A stretch of 32,000 nt of DNA from Erysipelotrichaceae bacterium (lineage in GTDB: Bacteria > Bacillota_I > Bacilli_A > Erysipelotrichales > Coprobacillaceae): the NCBI GenBank assembly GCA_028698185.1, contig JAQVDW010000002.1, positions 1-32,000 on the forward strand. Reading direction: 5' to 3'. Below are positions 11,901-23,537 of this stretch, one piece after another (positions within the stretch are counted from its first letter, which is position 1; every line of letters begins with the position of its first letter). The notes beneath the pieces were generated by a model that was not told the origin of the DNA, did no database searches, and worked only from the letters and a program-made list of their open reading frames with translations. Both the position numbers and the translations under genes were made by a program.

Positions 11901-12671
11901 GACGAACAACAGGTTGTTCGCCCCCTCTAAAGTAGCAGGTTCGCCCGGTCTCAATTTGTTGTAAATTTCGATCAGGGAATCATCGGTACCTTGTGTGGTA
12001 TCCTTGTCGAAGGTGTTGGCCAACAATTCGTGATTGCCAAAAACCTCGATAATATCTTCATTTGTTTGCAGACCCAAAGCCCGCAACAAAACAGTTCCCG
12101 GAATTTTACGGGTTCTGTCAATCCTTACGTTTAAAATATCTTTAGCGTCATTTTCAAATTCCAGCCATGTCCCACGAGACGGGATGATGCTGCCATTGAA
12201 GACAACTTTTCCGCTTTTATCGATGGCGTCGGCAAAATATGCACCAGGCGAACGTACTAATTGTGATACAATTACCCGCTCTGCACCATTAATAATAAAC
12301 GTACCAGAATCAGTCATCAGCGGGAAATCACCCATGAACACTTCCTGATCCTTGATTTCTCCTGTTGCAGTATTGATCAAACGCAGCTGCGCTCGAATTG
12401 GCGCTGAATAGTTTGCATCACGTTCCTTTGCTTCGGCAACTGAATATTTTGGTTCATCAAAAACACAATCTACAAACTCCAATGACAAAGTCCCGTTGAA
12501 ATTCGTAATAGGGAAAATATCGTTGTAAACTTCCTTAATCCCTTCTTCTTTAAACCATTTGTAAGAATCAGTTTGAATCTCGACCAAATTTGGCAATTCC
12601 AAAGACCCACTAATTCTAGAATAATTGCGGCGAATAATTTTACTTTTCGCCATTGATATTTTGTTGTCCAC
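8946..12671 (-). CDS. rpoB: DNA-directed RNA polymerase subunit beta, with poly-acidic C-terminal tail
   Basis: 1241 aa with conserved beta-subunit blocks ([32 protein letters not shown]). The predicted start is GTG at 12671, 10 nt after AAGGAG. The in-frame ATG at 12653 has no SD. The last 56 aa are 71% D/E. Confidence 0.96.
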   Translation of the reverse strand: MDNKISMAKSKIIRRNYSRISGSLELPNLVEIQTDSYKWFKEEGIKEVYNDIFPITNFNGTLSLEFVDCVFDEPKYSVAEAKERDANYSAPIRAQLRLINTATGEIKDQEVFMGDFPLMTDSGTFIINGAERVIVSQLVRSPGAYFADAIDKSGKVVFNGSIIPSRGTWLEFENDAKDILNVRIDRTRKIPGTVLLRALGLQTNEDIIEVFGNHELLANTFDKDTTQGTDDSLIEIYNKLRPGEPATLEGANNLLFVKFFDPKRYDLAKAGRFKINRKLNVLERINGRVLAQDLVSVEGEVLLEKGTKITSANLDVVNKALQAGAHRHTIKVNENLKSTDTVQYLDVYINFDREIPMDDNKVMRVIGTDLSLDGKFITISDIVAAYSYMLNIYDIYNSYELSSEARVNSMSRIGLLDDIDHLGNRRVRSVGELIQNQFRIGLSRMERVVKERMTTNQEEAMTPQKLTNIRPLTAAIKEFFSSSQLSQFMDQINPLAELTNKRRLSALGPGGLSRDRAGYEVRDVHPSHYGRICPIETPEGPNIGLISTLASYAKINRYGFIETPYRKVNNTIIDESDIRYLTADEEKNYIIAQAKVVVGENGELVEDQVIARHFGENILANREDVDFIDISPKQIVSVATSCIPFLENDDATRALMGANMQRQAVPLLNPHTPFVGTGMEHQAARDSGAAVVSEEAGVVTYVDSRKIIIASANGERTYRLAKFAISNNGTCINHKPIVKVGEKIHQNQVLADGPAMEQGELALGQNVLVGFMTWNGYNYEDAIIMSERLVKDDVYTSIHIDEYAIECRDTKLGPEEITRDIPNVGEEARKYLNSDGIIMIGAEVKEGDILVGKVTPKGQAELSAEEKLLLAIFGEKSREVKDNSLRVPHGGAGIIHDIKVFSRKNGDELQPGVNKVVKVYIVQKRKISEGDKMAGRHGNKGVISRILPVEDMPHLEDGTPLDIMLNPLGVPSRMNIGQVLELHLGYACRELGMYVATPAFDGLNRQDLEAAMEEAGMSKDGKQSVISGKTGEYFDSKISVGVMYMIKLAHMVDDKLHARSVGPYSLVTQQPLGGKAQNGGQRFGEMEVWALEAYGAAYTLREILTVKSDDVVGRVKTYEAIVKGMPLPEPGLPESFRVLKKELQALALDFRLLDDEGNEVGMRNIEDEERRFPKSIDRDTHREEKIEEDEEEDFEEDIDDEDDDFDDETSDFDDLDEILDDSIDEIDFDEEDDEEEDESDL

Positions 12672-12752
12672 CGATCAGCCACTCCTTTTATATATTAAAT
12701 CTGTTTTTGAGTACACAAAAACCTCATTGCAACCATGAATAGGCATTAAACA

Positions 12753-12781
12753 ATATTAGCACAATAAACCGCTCAAATCAA
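12753..12781 (-). promoter_or_regulatory. Sigma-A-type promoter of rpoB-rpoC
   Basis: On the - strand: TTGATT (12781-12776), 17-nt spacer, TAATAT (12758-12753) preceded by TGc (extended -10). It is located just downstream of the methyltransferase terminator. Confidence 0.6.
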
Positions 12782-12811
12782 GGGCCTATTTTAAAAAAAA
12801 TAACTTTTTCT

Positions 12812-12840
12812 TGACAAAAAAAGTCGGATTATACCGACTT
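12812..12840 (-). terminator. Intrinsic terminator overlapping the methyltransferase stop codon
   Basis: AAGTCGG (12821-12827) pairs with CCGACTT (12834-12840) as a 7-bp stem with a 6-nt loop that contains the TAA stop. On the - strand it is followed by TTTTTTTG. Confidence 0.7.
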
Positions 12841-13425
12841 AATTGCTTTCAGGATATAATAACCCTTATCCCTTTTAACCACTTCGCAATTGCCATACAC
12901 CGACCCCAGGGCTTTTTTGATTGATCCAGCACCTTGTTTCTTCTGGACGACGGCATAAAATGAGCCGCCATCATTAAGGTGGCTAAACGAATTGACGATA
13001 ATGTCCATCACGATCTCTTTTCCAGCCCGGATAGGGGGATTGGTCACGATCAAATCAAAGCTGGCCCCAACATTCCCGTAGCAATTGGACTCGAACACCT
13101 CAACCTCAACACCGTTTTGTCCGGCATTATATTTGGCAAGTTCGATTGCCCGATCATTTACATCAACCATTGTAACCGCAAGTTGCGGGTAGAGTTTTTT
13201 CAAACATATTCCAATCGGACCATAACCGCAACCAACATCAAGTAACGACCCATAAGATTCCTCAACCGTGATTGCATTGAGAAGAACCCGGGTCCCATAG
13301 TCGATGAATTCTTTTGAAAACACACCGATATCGCTTGTAAAATGGAAATCGAATTTGTCATAAGTGAATATGAATGATTGACGATTTGATTCCAGGCTGC
13401 TGTTTTTCGTATAATAGTGCGACAT
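12829..13425 (-). CDS. Class I SAM-dependent methyltransferase, RsmC/YbxB-like small rRNA-methyltransferase domain
   Basis: Carries LDVGCGYGPIG (SAM motif I) and TNPPIRAGK (motif IV). It occupies the same position between rplL and rpoB as B. subtilis ybxB. The start is trimmed to the ATG at 13425 (MSHYY...), 8 nt after GGAGG. The track ORF begins at an upstream TTG with no SD. Confidence 0.8.
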   Translation of the reverse strand: MSHYYTKNSSLESNRQSFIFTYDKFDFHFTSDIGVFSKEFIDYGTRVLLNAITVEESYGSLLDVGCGYGPIGICLKKLYPQLAVTMVDVNDRAIELAKYNAGQNGVEVEVFESNCYGNVGASFDLIVTNPPIRAGKEIVMDIIVNSFSHLNDGGSFYAVVQKKQGAGSIKKALGSVYGNCEVVKRDKGYYILKAIKSV

Positions 13426-13440
13426 AATCCTTACCTCCAA

Positions 13441-13464
13441 CAAAAAAGGCCCCGAGGGACCTTG
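13441..13464 (-). terminator. Intrinsic (probably partial) terminator downstream of rplL
   Basis: The - strand RNA AAGGUCC-CUCG-GGGCCUU forms a 7-bp stem (one G-U) followed by a run of U. The U tract ends 3 nt before the methyltransferase SD. Confidence 0.6.
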
Positions 13465-13478
13465 TTTTAAAGTTATAA

Positions 13479-13847
13479 TTATTTAACTTCTACTGTAGCG
13501 CCAGCTTCTTCCAATTTAGCTTTAATTTCTTCAGCTTCAGCAGGTTTGATGTTTTCTTTAACTGCTGCAGGTAATTTGTCAACTAATCCTTTAGCTTCAA
13601 CTAAACCTAAACCAGTGATTTCACGTACCGCTTTGATTACAGCAACTTTTTTACCACCAACATCTGTCAAAGTAACAGTTACTTCAGATGGACCAGCAGC
13701 TTCTTCAGCTCCAGCAGCAGCTACAGCTACAGGTGCAGCAGCAGTTACGTCAAATTTTTCTTCGATTGCTTTTACTAAGTCGTTTAATTCTAAGATTGTA
13801 GCTTCTTCTAAGAAAGCCAAGATATCTTCATGTGTTAATTTTGCCAT
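13479..13847 (-). CDS. rplL: 50S ribosomal protein L7/L12
   Basis: 122 aa with an N-terminal dimerisation helix, an Ala-rich hinge and a conserved C-terminal domain ([20 protein letters not shown]). Confidence 0.98.
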   Translation of the reverse strand: MAKLTHEDILAFLEEATILELNDLVKAIEEKFDVTAAAPVAVAAAGAEEAAGPSEVTVTLTDVGGKKVAVIKAVREITGLGLVEAKGLVDKLPAAVKENIKPAEAEEIKAKLEEAGATVEVK

Positions 13848-13878
13848 GGTTATATTCTCCTTAAATTTTCTATTTAGA

Positions 13879-14445
13879 TTATTCTGCAGCAGCTTCTGCT
13901 TCTACAGTTTCTGCTTCTGCTTCTACAGCAGCAGTTGCGACAGCTCCACCGTTTGCTTCTTTTGCATCAGCAACAGCTTTTACTACGCGGGCAAATTTGC
14001 TAACTGGTGCTTGTAACATACCAAGTAACATTGAGTACATTCCTTCGCGTCCAGGTAATTTAGCAATTACATTCAATTCATCAGTAAGTAACAACTTACC
14101 TTCAACAACACCGGCTTTTAAAACCAATGCATCGTGTTTTTTAGCGAAGTTCGCTAAGATACGCGCAGGCGCTACAGCGTCTTGTGCACCGAATGCTAAC
14201 GCGTTAGGCCCTTTTAATGAATCTTTAAGACCTTCGTAAACTGTGTTTTCAGTTGCTCTTGAAACCAAGTTGTTTTTGTAAACTTTCAATTCCACGCCTT
14301 CGTTACGTAATTCGTTACGCAGTTGTGTGATCTCAGCTACTGATAATCCACGATATTCGAAAACCACTGCTGAAGTAGCACCAGTTAACTTTTCATTGAT
14401 CTCAGCAACAACTTGAGCTTTTTGATTGATTGCTTCAACTGACAT
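13879..14445 (-). CDS. rplJ: 50S ribosomal protein L10, with Ala/Glu-rich C-terminal extension
   Basis: 188 aa with a typical L10 core ([17 protein letters not shown]...). It ends with an extra, roughly 20-aa low-complexity tail, ...[23 protein letters not shown]. Confidence 0.97.
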   Translation of the reverse strand: MSVEAINQKAQVVAEINEKLTGATSAVVFEYRGLSVAEITQLRNELRNEGVELKVYKNNLVSRATENTVYEGLKDSLKGPNALAFGAQDAVAPARILANFAKKHDALVLKAGVVEGKLLLTDELNVIAKLPGREGMYSMLLGMLQAPVSKFARVVKAVADAKEANGGAVATAAVEAEAETVEAEAAAE

Positions 14446-14608
14446 CGTTACACCTCCTATATTTTTTTATATATGCAACAATATACTTGCAGATAAAAAC
14501 TCCCAGTCAGCCCAGGAGTTTAGAATTTGTTTCTAACACCTCGGCAACGAATTAAGGTTTCCCTGTTGCTGTCTTGGGTATATTGATTGCGGTAATTTAA
14601 TAAGCTGC
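14446..14608 (-). promoter_or_regulatory. rplJ 5' leader (L10-leader-like) with terminator/attenuator hairpin
   Basis: The 163-nt rplA-rplJ spacer has a stem GCAAC/GUUGC. It is followed by a 10-bp hairpin AAACUCCUGG/CUGGGAGUUU (14497-14521) and UUUUAU. No promoter is visible between this hairpin and the SD, so it reads as a leader attenuator, as in Firmicute L10(L12)4-regulated leaders. This has not been verified against a covariance model. Confidence 0.5.
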
Positions 14609-15292
14609 TTAAACAGTTTGCACTTTAACGCTTGGTCCCATTGTTGATGTGATTACCACGTTTTTGATATAAACACCTTTTGCAGCTGCTGGTTTAGCTT
14701 TAACGATCAATTCTAAGATTGTGTTAAAGTTTTCAACCAATTTTTGATCTTCGAAAGATGCGCGTCCGAATGTTAAATGAACGTTTCCTTCTTTATCCGT
14801 ACGGTAAGTTACCTTACCAGCTTTTGTTTCTTGAACTGCTTTAGCAACATCCATAGTTACTGTACCAGTTTTTGGGTTTGGCATCAAACCTTTAGGTCCT
14901 AAAACACGCCCTAAACGTCCCAATTGTGCCATCATGTCTGGAGTAGCGATCATAACATCGAAATCCAACCATCCTTTTTGGATTTCGTCTAAGATTTCTT
15001 TGCCACCTACTACGTCAGCTCCAGCATCTTTAGCTTCTTGAGCTTTTTCACCTTCAGTAACAACTAAAACTTTTTTAGTTTTACCTGTTCCGTGTGGTAA
15101 TACCAATGCCCCACGCAATTGTTGGTCAGCATGTTTGGTATTCAATCCTAAATTGAATGCAACGTCGATAGCCGCATCAAATTTTACACTGCTTGTTTTT
15201 TTGACTAACTCTACTGCTTCAGCGATTGGGTAAGCTTTACCTTTTTCGATTAAACTAGCAGCTTCGTTATATCTTTTGCTTTTTTTAGCCAT
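14609..15292 (-). CDS. rplA: 50S ribosomal protein L1
   Basis: 227 aa with a typical L1 sequence ([12 protein letters not shown].., LPHGTGK). The SD is GGAGGA. Confidence 0.98.
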   Translation of the reverse strand: MAKKSKRYNEAASLIEKGKAYPIAEAVELVKKTSSVKFDAAIDVAFNLGLNTKHADQQLRGALVLPHGTGKTKKVLVVTEGEKAQEAKDAGADVVGGKEILDEIQKGWLDFDVMIATPDMMAQLGRLGRVLGPKGLMPNPKTGTVTMDVAKAVQETKAGKVTYRTDKEGNVHLTFGRASFEDQKLVENFNTILELIVKAKPAAAKGVYIKNVVITSTMGPSVKVQTV

Positions 15293-15306
15293 TTACTTTC
15301 CTCCTA

Positions 15307-15334
15307 TGTGGTCAAGCGGAATATTCCTTCCACG
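15307..15334 (-). promoter_or_regulatory. L1-operator-like rRNA-mimic motif, copy B (abuts the rplA SD)
   Basis: The - strand reads CGTGGAAGGAATATTCCGCTTGACCACA, followed by ta and then GGAGG. The predicted fold is an outer helix GUGG/CCAC, an inner hairpin GGA-AUAU-UCC and a 3' loop GCUUGA. It is near-identical in its flanks to copy A. Confidence 0.5.
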
Positions 15335-15348
15335 TATGACGATTTTTA

Positions 15349-15771
15349 TTATGCTTCCATTCCAGTAACTTTAACACCCATGTTACGACATGTTCCGGCA
15401 ACAATTTTCATTGCAGCTTCGATAGTGTTAGCGTTTAAGTCTGGCATTTTGTATTCAGCAATTTCTTTAACTTGTTCTGCTGTCAAGGTAGCAACTACCT
15501 CTGAACCAGATTTGCTTGAACCTTTTTTGATTCCAGCTTTTTTCATAATAACTTCCGCACATGGTGCAGTCTTTAATACGAAAGAAAAATCCTTGTCATC
15601 ATATACAGTCAATACTACAGGTACTGTTTCTCCAGCACGTTCTCTAGTTTGATCATTGAAAGCTGTACAGAATTTAGGCATTTGAATTCCGGCTCCCGCT
15701 AAAGCTGGACCTGGTTTAGCTCCGCCTGCTGGGAATTGAATTTTCATTACTCTCACGATTTTTTTACTCAC
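15349..15771 (-). CDS. rplK: 50S ribosomal protein L11
   Basis: 140 aa (KIQFPAGGAKPGPALAG..., L11 N-terminal motif). The start is GTG, 8 nt after GGAGG. Confidence 0.97.
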   Translation of the reverse strand: MSKKIVRVMKIQFPAGGAKPGPALAGAGIQMPKFCTAFNDQTRERAGETVPVVLTVYDDKDFSFVLKTAPCAEVIMKKAGIKKGSSKSGSEVVATLTAEQVKEIAEYKMPDLNANTIEAAMKIVAGTCRNMGVKVTGMEA

Positions 15772-15805
15772 GCGACATTCCTCCTTATTTTATTACTGTC
15801 GGTGC

Positions 15806-15835
15806 TGTGGTCAAGTGGACTTTCGTCCTTCCACG
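15806..15835 (-). promoter_or_regulatory. L1-operator-like rRNA-mimic motif, copy A (rplK leader)
   Basis: The - strand reads CGTGGAAGGACGAAAGTCCACTTGACCACA. The predicted fold is an outer helix GUGG/CCAC, an inner hairpin GGAC-GAAA-GUCC (GNRA loop) and a 3' loop ACUUGA. It lies about 20 nt upstream of the rplK SD and about 40 nt downstream of the -10. Confidence 0.5.
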
Positions 15836-15877
15836 CCGATTGACAAGCACAATATTTGCATACTGTGACAATTAGGT

Positions 15878-15905
15878 ATTATACACCAAATGTTCTGATT
15901 TGCAA
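15878..15905 (-). promoter_or_regulatory. Sigma-A-type promoter of rplK-rplA
   Basis: On the - strand: TTGCAA (15905-15900), 16-nt spacer, TATAAT (15883-15878). Confidence 0.7.
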
Positions 15906-15967
15906 GTACTTTTGTAAAAATAATAGATTATTTCATACTAATTGCTTTACCCGTTTTTTTAATCCAG

Positions 15968-15993
15968 GTAAAAAGTCCCCTTTCGGGGACTTC
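15968..15993 (-). terminator. Intrinsic terminator of the bgl operon
   Basis: The - strand reads AAGTCCCC-GAAA-GGGGACTT, an 8-bp GC-rich stem, followed by TTTT. It lies about 30 nt after the bglA stop. Confidence 0.8.
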
Positions 15994-16020
15994 TCCAATC
16001 AGATAAGTAAGGTTGTTTTA

Positions 16021-17478
<1,458 letters not shown>

Positions 17479-17481
17479 CTA

Positions 17482-19440
<1,959 letters not shown>

Positions 19441-19456
19441 ATTGAAACTGTTGACG

Positions 19457-20311
19457 CTACTTCCTTGTTTCCTCCTTTTCCCGCGCCGATTTATAAACAA
19501 CTCTTTCGATATGTATCGTCAAATAGAGTAGTTCGTCACTTGACAATTGGTAGTCATATTTTTCCTTGATATAACTCGCAATCTTTAAAACGCAGTTGTA
19601 AACTGCCTGATACTTGACCTTGATGACTTCGAGCAAGTCGCTGTCATCGCCATAAGGCTGCTGCTTGGTGATTAGTCTTTGGGCAAAGAACTTCAGATGG
19701 GTGATGAAGCGATAGTAGTAGACACTATCCTCATCAAGTTCGATCTTGAAGTAATAGCGGACCAGATTGGTCACTTCGGTCATAATCTTTATAACTTCTT
19801 CAGGATTGGTATGATCGCCATCAAGCCGGCTGTTGACAAAGTGCAAGGCAATAAATCCGGCCTCATCATCAGGCAACCGTGGCCCCAAGGATTCCAAGCG
19901 GTCCAGAGCATAGAGCCCCACCAAATATTCATTGGGGTAGAACTTTTTGATTTCCCACAGCAAGGCATTGCTGATAGTTATACCCTCTTGATAACGTTTC
20001 AAACAAGAATAGATGTGATCAACCAAGGAAACATATATAAGATCGGAAAACTTCGTATCGAGACTGAGTTTTGCGTATTCGACAACTTCCTCAACCAATT
20101 GGAAATATTCCATCGGGATATCCTTGAGCAGTTCTTCGAACTGACCCAACGCCGTGGTCGACATTTCGAAGGTTTTTTCAATCTGATTGTCATCGAAACT
20201 GTCCCCCGGACGTTTCTTGAAGGCGATGCCCCGCCCCATTACCACTTTTTCCTTGTTGTCTTGGTCGACAACCACAACTACGTTGTTATTCAATATCTTG
20301 TCTATTATCAT
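19457..20311 (-). CDS. licT: BglG/LicT-family PRD-containing transcription antiterminator
   Basis: About 284 aa with an N-terminal CAT RNA-binding domain (MIIDKILNNNVVVVVD...GRGIAFKK) and two PRD modules. The start is trimmed to the ATG at 20311, which follows GGAGG. The 19 extra codons in the track ORF are translated leader and terminator. Confidence 0.92.
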   Translation of the reverse strand: MIIDKILNNNVVVVVDQDNKEKVVMGRGIAFKKRPGDSFDDNQIEKTFEMSTTALGQFEELLKDIPMEYFQLVEEVVEYAKLSLDTKFSDLIYVSLVDHIYSCLKRYQEGITISNALLWEIKKFYPNEYLVGLYALDRLESLGPRLPDDEAGFIALHFVNSRLDGDHTNPEEVIKIMTEVTNLVRYYFKIELDEDSVYYYRFITHLKFFAQRLITKQQPYGDDSDLLEVIKVKYQAVYNCVLKIASYIKEKYDYQLSSDELLYLTIHIERVVYKSAREKEETRK

Positions 20312-20320
20312 TCTGCCTCC

Positions 20321-20376
20321 ATAAAAAAACCTACACAAAAACAAACCAAAAACGGCTCGAGTCTTCATGTAGGTTT
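20321..20376 (-). terminator. Leader terminator of the bgl operon (target of antitermination)
   Basis: The - strand AAACCTACA (20376-20368) pairs with TGTAGGTTT (20335-20327) and is followed by T7. The 5' arm overlaps the 3' end of RAT-1. The roughly 32-nt intervening loop is unusually large. Confidence 0.5.
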
Positions 20377-20401
20377 AGCTTGAAAAATCAATAACTATCC
20401 T
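20372..20401 (-). promoter_or_regulatory. RAT-like antiterminator target 1 (licT leader)
   Basis: The - strand AGGATAGTTATTGATTTTTCAAGCTAAACC matches the RAT consensus GGATTGTTACTG....GCAGGCAAAACC at most conserved positions. It begins a few nt after the predicted TSS. Confidence 0.6.
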
Positions 20402-20410
20402 GTAAGCCCT

Positions 20411-20439
20411 ACTATAGCACATCAATGTGGTTGCCCTTA
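20411..20439 (-). promoter_or_regulatory. Candidate extended -10 promoter of the bgl operon
   Basis: The - strand has TGcTATAGT (-10 at 20416-20411). The -35 is poor (TAAGGG at 17 nt). An AT-rich palindrome lies immediately upstream. Confidence 0.4.
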
Positions 20440-20496
20440 CTTTTTTCAAATTTTGAAAAAAACTTGTGCTCCTTTTCATCCTGTGAATTCGCGCAA

Positions 20497-20524
20497 CATA
20501 AAAAGAGGTGAAAAATCACCTCTT
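20497..20524 (-). terminator. Intrinsic terminator downstream of tpiA
   Basis: The - strand reads AAGAGGTGA-TTTT-TCACCTCTT, a perfect 9-bp stem, followed by TTTAT. It lies 8 nt after the tpiA stop. Confidence 0.85.
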
Positions 20525-20531
20525 GATAGGA

Positions 20532-21275
20532 TTAAGCTAAAGCTTCAACCATTGCTAGGAATGATGCAACTTCCAATGAAGCTCCACCAACCAAAGCACC
20601 GTCGATATCTGGTTGTTCCAATAATTCTTTTAACGTTTCAGGTTTAACTGAACCACCGTATTGGATTCTTACTTTGTCAGCCACTTCTTGAGTGAACATA
20701 GCAGCCAAAACTTCACGGATATACGCGCAAACGTCTTGAGCGATTTCGTTTGTAGCTGTTTTACCTGTTCCGATTGCCCATACTGGTTCGTAAGCAATTA
20801 CAACTTTTTCCATATCTTCTGCGGCAACATCCTTGAATGCAGCAGTAACTTGAGTTTTGCATACATCTTTAGTTGTACCAGCTTCGTATTCTTCCAAAGT
20901 TTCCCCAACACATACGATTGGAGCCAATCCTTTTTCCAAAGATTTCAAAGTTTTAGCGTTAACTGTTTCATCAGTTTCACCGAAATATTGTCTTCTTTCA
21001 GAGTGTCCCAGGATAACCCATTCAATATTGATTTCTTTCAACATGTCAGCGCTGATTTCACCTGTGAAGGCACCGCTATCTTTGAAATGGCAGTTTTCAG
21101 CAGAAATCACCAGGTTTTTAGCAGCTTCTCTTGCAGCTTGTAATGCCAGATATGGAGCAGCAATTCCCCAAGTAGCTTTGTCATTCAATTTTCCATCAAC
21201 CGCTTCAACAAATTCTTTTGTTTCAGCGATAGTTTTATTCATTTTCCAGTTTCCAACAATAATTGGTTTTCTCAT
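20532..21275 (-). CDS. tpiA: Triose-phosphate isomerase
   Basis: 247 aa with GNWKMN, ILGHSERR and AYEPVWAIGTG motifs. Confidence 0.98.
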   Translation of the reverse strand: MRKPIIVGNWKMNKTIAETKEFVEAVDGKLNDKATWGIAAPYLALQAAREAAKNLVISAENCHFKDSGAFTGEISADMLKEINIEWVILGHSERRQYFGETDETVNAKTLKSLEKGLAPIVCVGETLEEYEAGTTKDVCKTQVTAAFKDVAAEDMEKVVIAYEPVWAIGTGKTATNEIAQDVCAYIREVLAAMFTQEVADKVRIQYGGSVKPETLKELLEQPDIDGALVGGASLEVASFLAMVEALA

Positions 21276-21296
21276 TAATCTATTATCCTTTTCTAA

Positions 21297-22481
21297 TTAT
21301 TTGTCATCAATCGCAGCGATACCTGGAAGAACTTTACCTTCCATGTATTCCAATGAAGCTCCACCACCAGTTGAGATGTGGCTTACGCGGTCAGCATAAC
21401 CAAGTTGCATAACAGCAGCTGCAGAATCCCCACCACCGATGATAGTGTTTGCACCTTCAAGGTTAGCTAAAGCTTCACATACAGCGATAGTTCCTTTTGC
21501 GAATGGTTCTAATTCGAACACACCCATTGGTCCGTTCCAGATTACAGTCTTAGCACCTTGTAATTCTTTAGCGAACAATTCGATTGATTTAGGACCGATG
21601 TCAAGTCCCATGTATCCGGCTGGTACATCAGCTCCACATTCTTTGATATCTCCATCAACACCGAATTTGTCTGAACAAATTGAGTCGATTGGTAAGATCA
21701 ATTTCCCTTTTCCTTTTTCGATAAATGATTTTGCCAAATCGATTTTATCTTCCTCTAATAATGAATTTCCGATTTCATGTCCCATTGCTTTAGCGAAAGT
21801 ATAGCACATACCTCCACCAACGATGATTTTGTCAGCAACGTTCAACAAGTTTTCGATTACTCCAATTTTGTCAGAAACTTTCGCTCCACCTAAAATTGCA
21901 ACCAGTGGTCTTTCAGGATCGTTTACAGCTTTACCAATATAAGCGATTTCCTTTTCAACCAGGAATCCTACTGCACTTGGCAAGTTAGCTGGAATACCTG
22001 CAGTTGAAGCATGGGCACGGTGAACTGAACCGAATGCGTCTTCAACAAAGACATCCCCTAATGAAGCCCAGTATTTCCCTAATTCAGGATCGTTTTTAGA
22101 TTCCCCAGCTTCATAACGAGTGTTTTGCACTAAGATAACTTGCGCATCAGTCGCTTCTTTGATCGCTGTTTCCAATTCTTCACCACGAGTAGCGTTGATG
22201 AATTTAACAGGGCGTCCCAAATGTTTTTCCAGACAAGGAGCTACAACTGCAAGGTTGTTTTTAGCTTTGTCTTCTTCAGTTTTAACTTTCCCCAAATGTG
22301 AAAATAAAACAATAGCTTTAGGTCCTTGTTCAATTAGATAGTTAATTGTAGGTAAAGCCGCAACCACACGGTTGTCATTTGTGATTTCTCCAGTTTCTTT
22401 GCTTCTTGGTACATTGAAGTCAACACGGCACAATACTGTTTTGCCAGCAACATCAATATCTTTAATAGTTTTTTTATCCAT
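21297..22481 (-). CDS. pgk: Phosphoglycerate kinase
   Basis: 394 aa with RVDFNVP, a GGAKVSDKI-type hinge motif and C-terminal STGGGASLE. Confidence 0.98.
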   Translation of the reverse strand: MDKKTIKDIDVAGKTVLCRVDFNVPRSKETGEITNDNRVVAALPTINYLIEQGPKAIVLFSHLGKVKTEEDKAKNNLAVVAPCLEKHLGRPVKFINATRGEELETAIKEATDAQVILVQNTRYEAGESKNDPELGKYWASLGDVFVEDAFGSVHRAHASTAGIPANLPSAVGFLVEKEIAYIGKAVNDPERPLVAILGGAKVSDKIGVIENLLNVADKIIVGGGMCYTFAKAMGHEIGNSLLEEDKIDLAKSFIEKGKGKLILPIDSICSDKFGVDGDIKECGADVPAGYMGLDIGPKSIELFAKELQGAKTVIWNGPMGVFELEPFAKGTIAVCEALANLEGANTIIGGGDSAAAVMQLGYADRVSHISTGGGASLEYMEGKVLPGIAAIDDK

Positions 22482-22504
22482 TATTATAGTCCTCCATGTA
22501 GTGA

Positions 22505-22533
22505 ATTATATCATCTCGATATGTACATTTCAA
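22505..22533 (-). promoter_or_regulatory. Sigma-A-type promoter of pgk-tpiA
   Basis: On the - strand: TTGAAA (22533-22528), 17-nt spacer, TATAAT (22510-22505). The SD GGAGG follows about 10 nt downstream. Confidence 0.7.
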
Positions 22534-22661
22534 CAGCTTAATTGCGTAAAAAAGCCGTTTAATACATATATTTCAAGATATTCTTTAGAATATTATTAAG
22601 CCCTGGCAATATATTTGTCCAAATCCGAAATAACAGGTTTGAAAGCCATCTGCGTGTTGTT

Positions 22662-23519
22662 CTAATCGATCGGGGCGTGGTAGAACCGCCCCTGGAAAGA
22701 AAGCGCTTTAGTTGTATTGACGATGATTTCAGGGTCCACTCCGACCAAGGCGTCGATGATCTCATCGACCTGATATGAGTTCACAACCGAAACAAGAGTC
22801 GCGAACTTCTTGTTCGAATATCCCCCATGGCAGTCAAACACCGTAATCCCATGGCGCGCATGTTGGAAAAAGGCCCGCTTCACCCCATCGGGATGGGCCG
22901 TAACGATTTCCATCCGCACCAGTTTGTAGCGGGTATGGAAACGCGAAATCGTCTGGGTCGATATGAACTGGAACAGCACCGTGTACCCCGCCGGCTGCGC
23001 CCCGTACAGGTAGCCGAACACAAGCATGATCAGGATGTTGAAGGCAAATACCTGGTTCCATATTTCCTTTCCCGTCTTGTTCGATACGTAAAGGGCTATA
23101 AAGTCAGTTCCGCCTGAAGACGCGCCAGCCTTTAAAGCTATGGTTATTGCTATCCCGAAGAAAAATCCGCCAAAGACAACCTTTAGCAGGATGTCGTCGA
23201 CCACATGAACCACCGGAATCAGACGCAAAAATACCGATGTCAATCCGACATGGATTAATGAAAAAATCGTGAACCGCGGCGATATCTCCCGGTAACAGAA
23301 CAAGGCCACCGGGATATTGAGCCCCAGCAGCACAATGTATGTCGGTATTTCGAACCCTAAGGAATTGCTGACAAGATTTGTCAGCAGCGCGATTCCCATG
23401 AATCCTCCCGACAATATCATCGAGCCCTGGATGAGAGTATTTGTGGCTAGAGCCAGCATCAAAGCAGACCCGATAATCAGCAACAGTGATTTGAAATTCT
23501 TGAATGTAGTAATTTTCAT
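22662..23519 (-). CDS. YitT-family membrane protein (2x DUF161-like TM repeats plus C-terminal DUF2179)
   Basis: Hydrophobic N-terminal two-thirds with GASSGGTDF, and a soluble C-terminal domain (ITVFDCHGGYSNKK...). The start is ambiguous: the ATG at 23519 is 13 nt from GGAAGG, and the TTG at 23540 has no SD. Confidence 0.8.
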   Translation of the reverse strand: MKITTFKNFKSLLLIIGSALMLALATNTLIQGSMILSGGFMGIALLTNLVSNSLGFEIPTYIVLLGLNIPVALFCYREISPRFTIFSLIHVGLTSVFLRLIPVVHVVDDILLKVVFGGFFFGIAITIALKAGASSGGTDFIALYVSNKTGKEIWNQVFAFNILIMLVFGYLYGAQPAGYTVLFQFISTQTISRFHTRYKLVRMEIVTAHPDGVKRAFFQHARHGITVFDCHGGYSNKKFATLVSVVNSYQVDEIIDALVGVDPEIIVNTTKALSFQGRFYHAPID

Positions 23520-23537
23520 ATTAAACGTTAATCCTTC

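Noticed and set aside
20312-20368. 19-codon N-terminal extension of the licT ORF (MKTRAVFGLFLCRFFYGGR)
   Set aside because: This stretch is the RAT/terminator leader read in frame. The T7 tract encodes the Phe run. A GGAGG SD precedes the internal ATG at 20311, which yields the canonical CAT-domain N-terminus MIIDKILNNN.
19679-20383. 234-aa + strand ORF. Similar long + strand ORFs occur at 7561-8031, 13546-14016, 20661-21143, 20857-21399 and 25729-26259.
   Set aside because: All lie antisense to strongly supported - strand genes (licT, rpoC, rplL/rplJ, tpiA/pgk, ilvD). They have no SD, have odd low-complexity or Cys/Phe-rich compositions, and resemble no protein family I recognise. They are shadow ORFs of the coding strand.
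20470-20490. Possible cre (CcpA) box TGAAAAGGAGCACA upstream of the bgl promoter
   Set aside because: It mismatches the central CG and the T at position 10 of the cre consensus TGWAANCGNTNWCA. It also lies upstream of the promoter region, next to the tpiA terminator.
22578-22593. 16-bp palindrome ATATTCT-TT-AGAATAT between the yitT-like gene and the pgk promoter, considered as an operator
   Set aside because: It lies about 45-60 bp upstream of the pgk -35. It is AT-only and is most simply part of the AU-rich composite structure before the T6 run that weakly terminates the yitT-like gene. I have no independent support for a regulator site.
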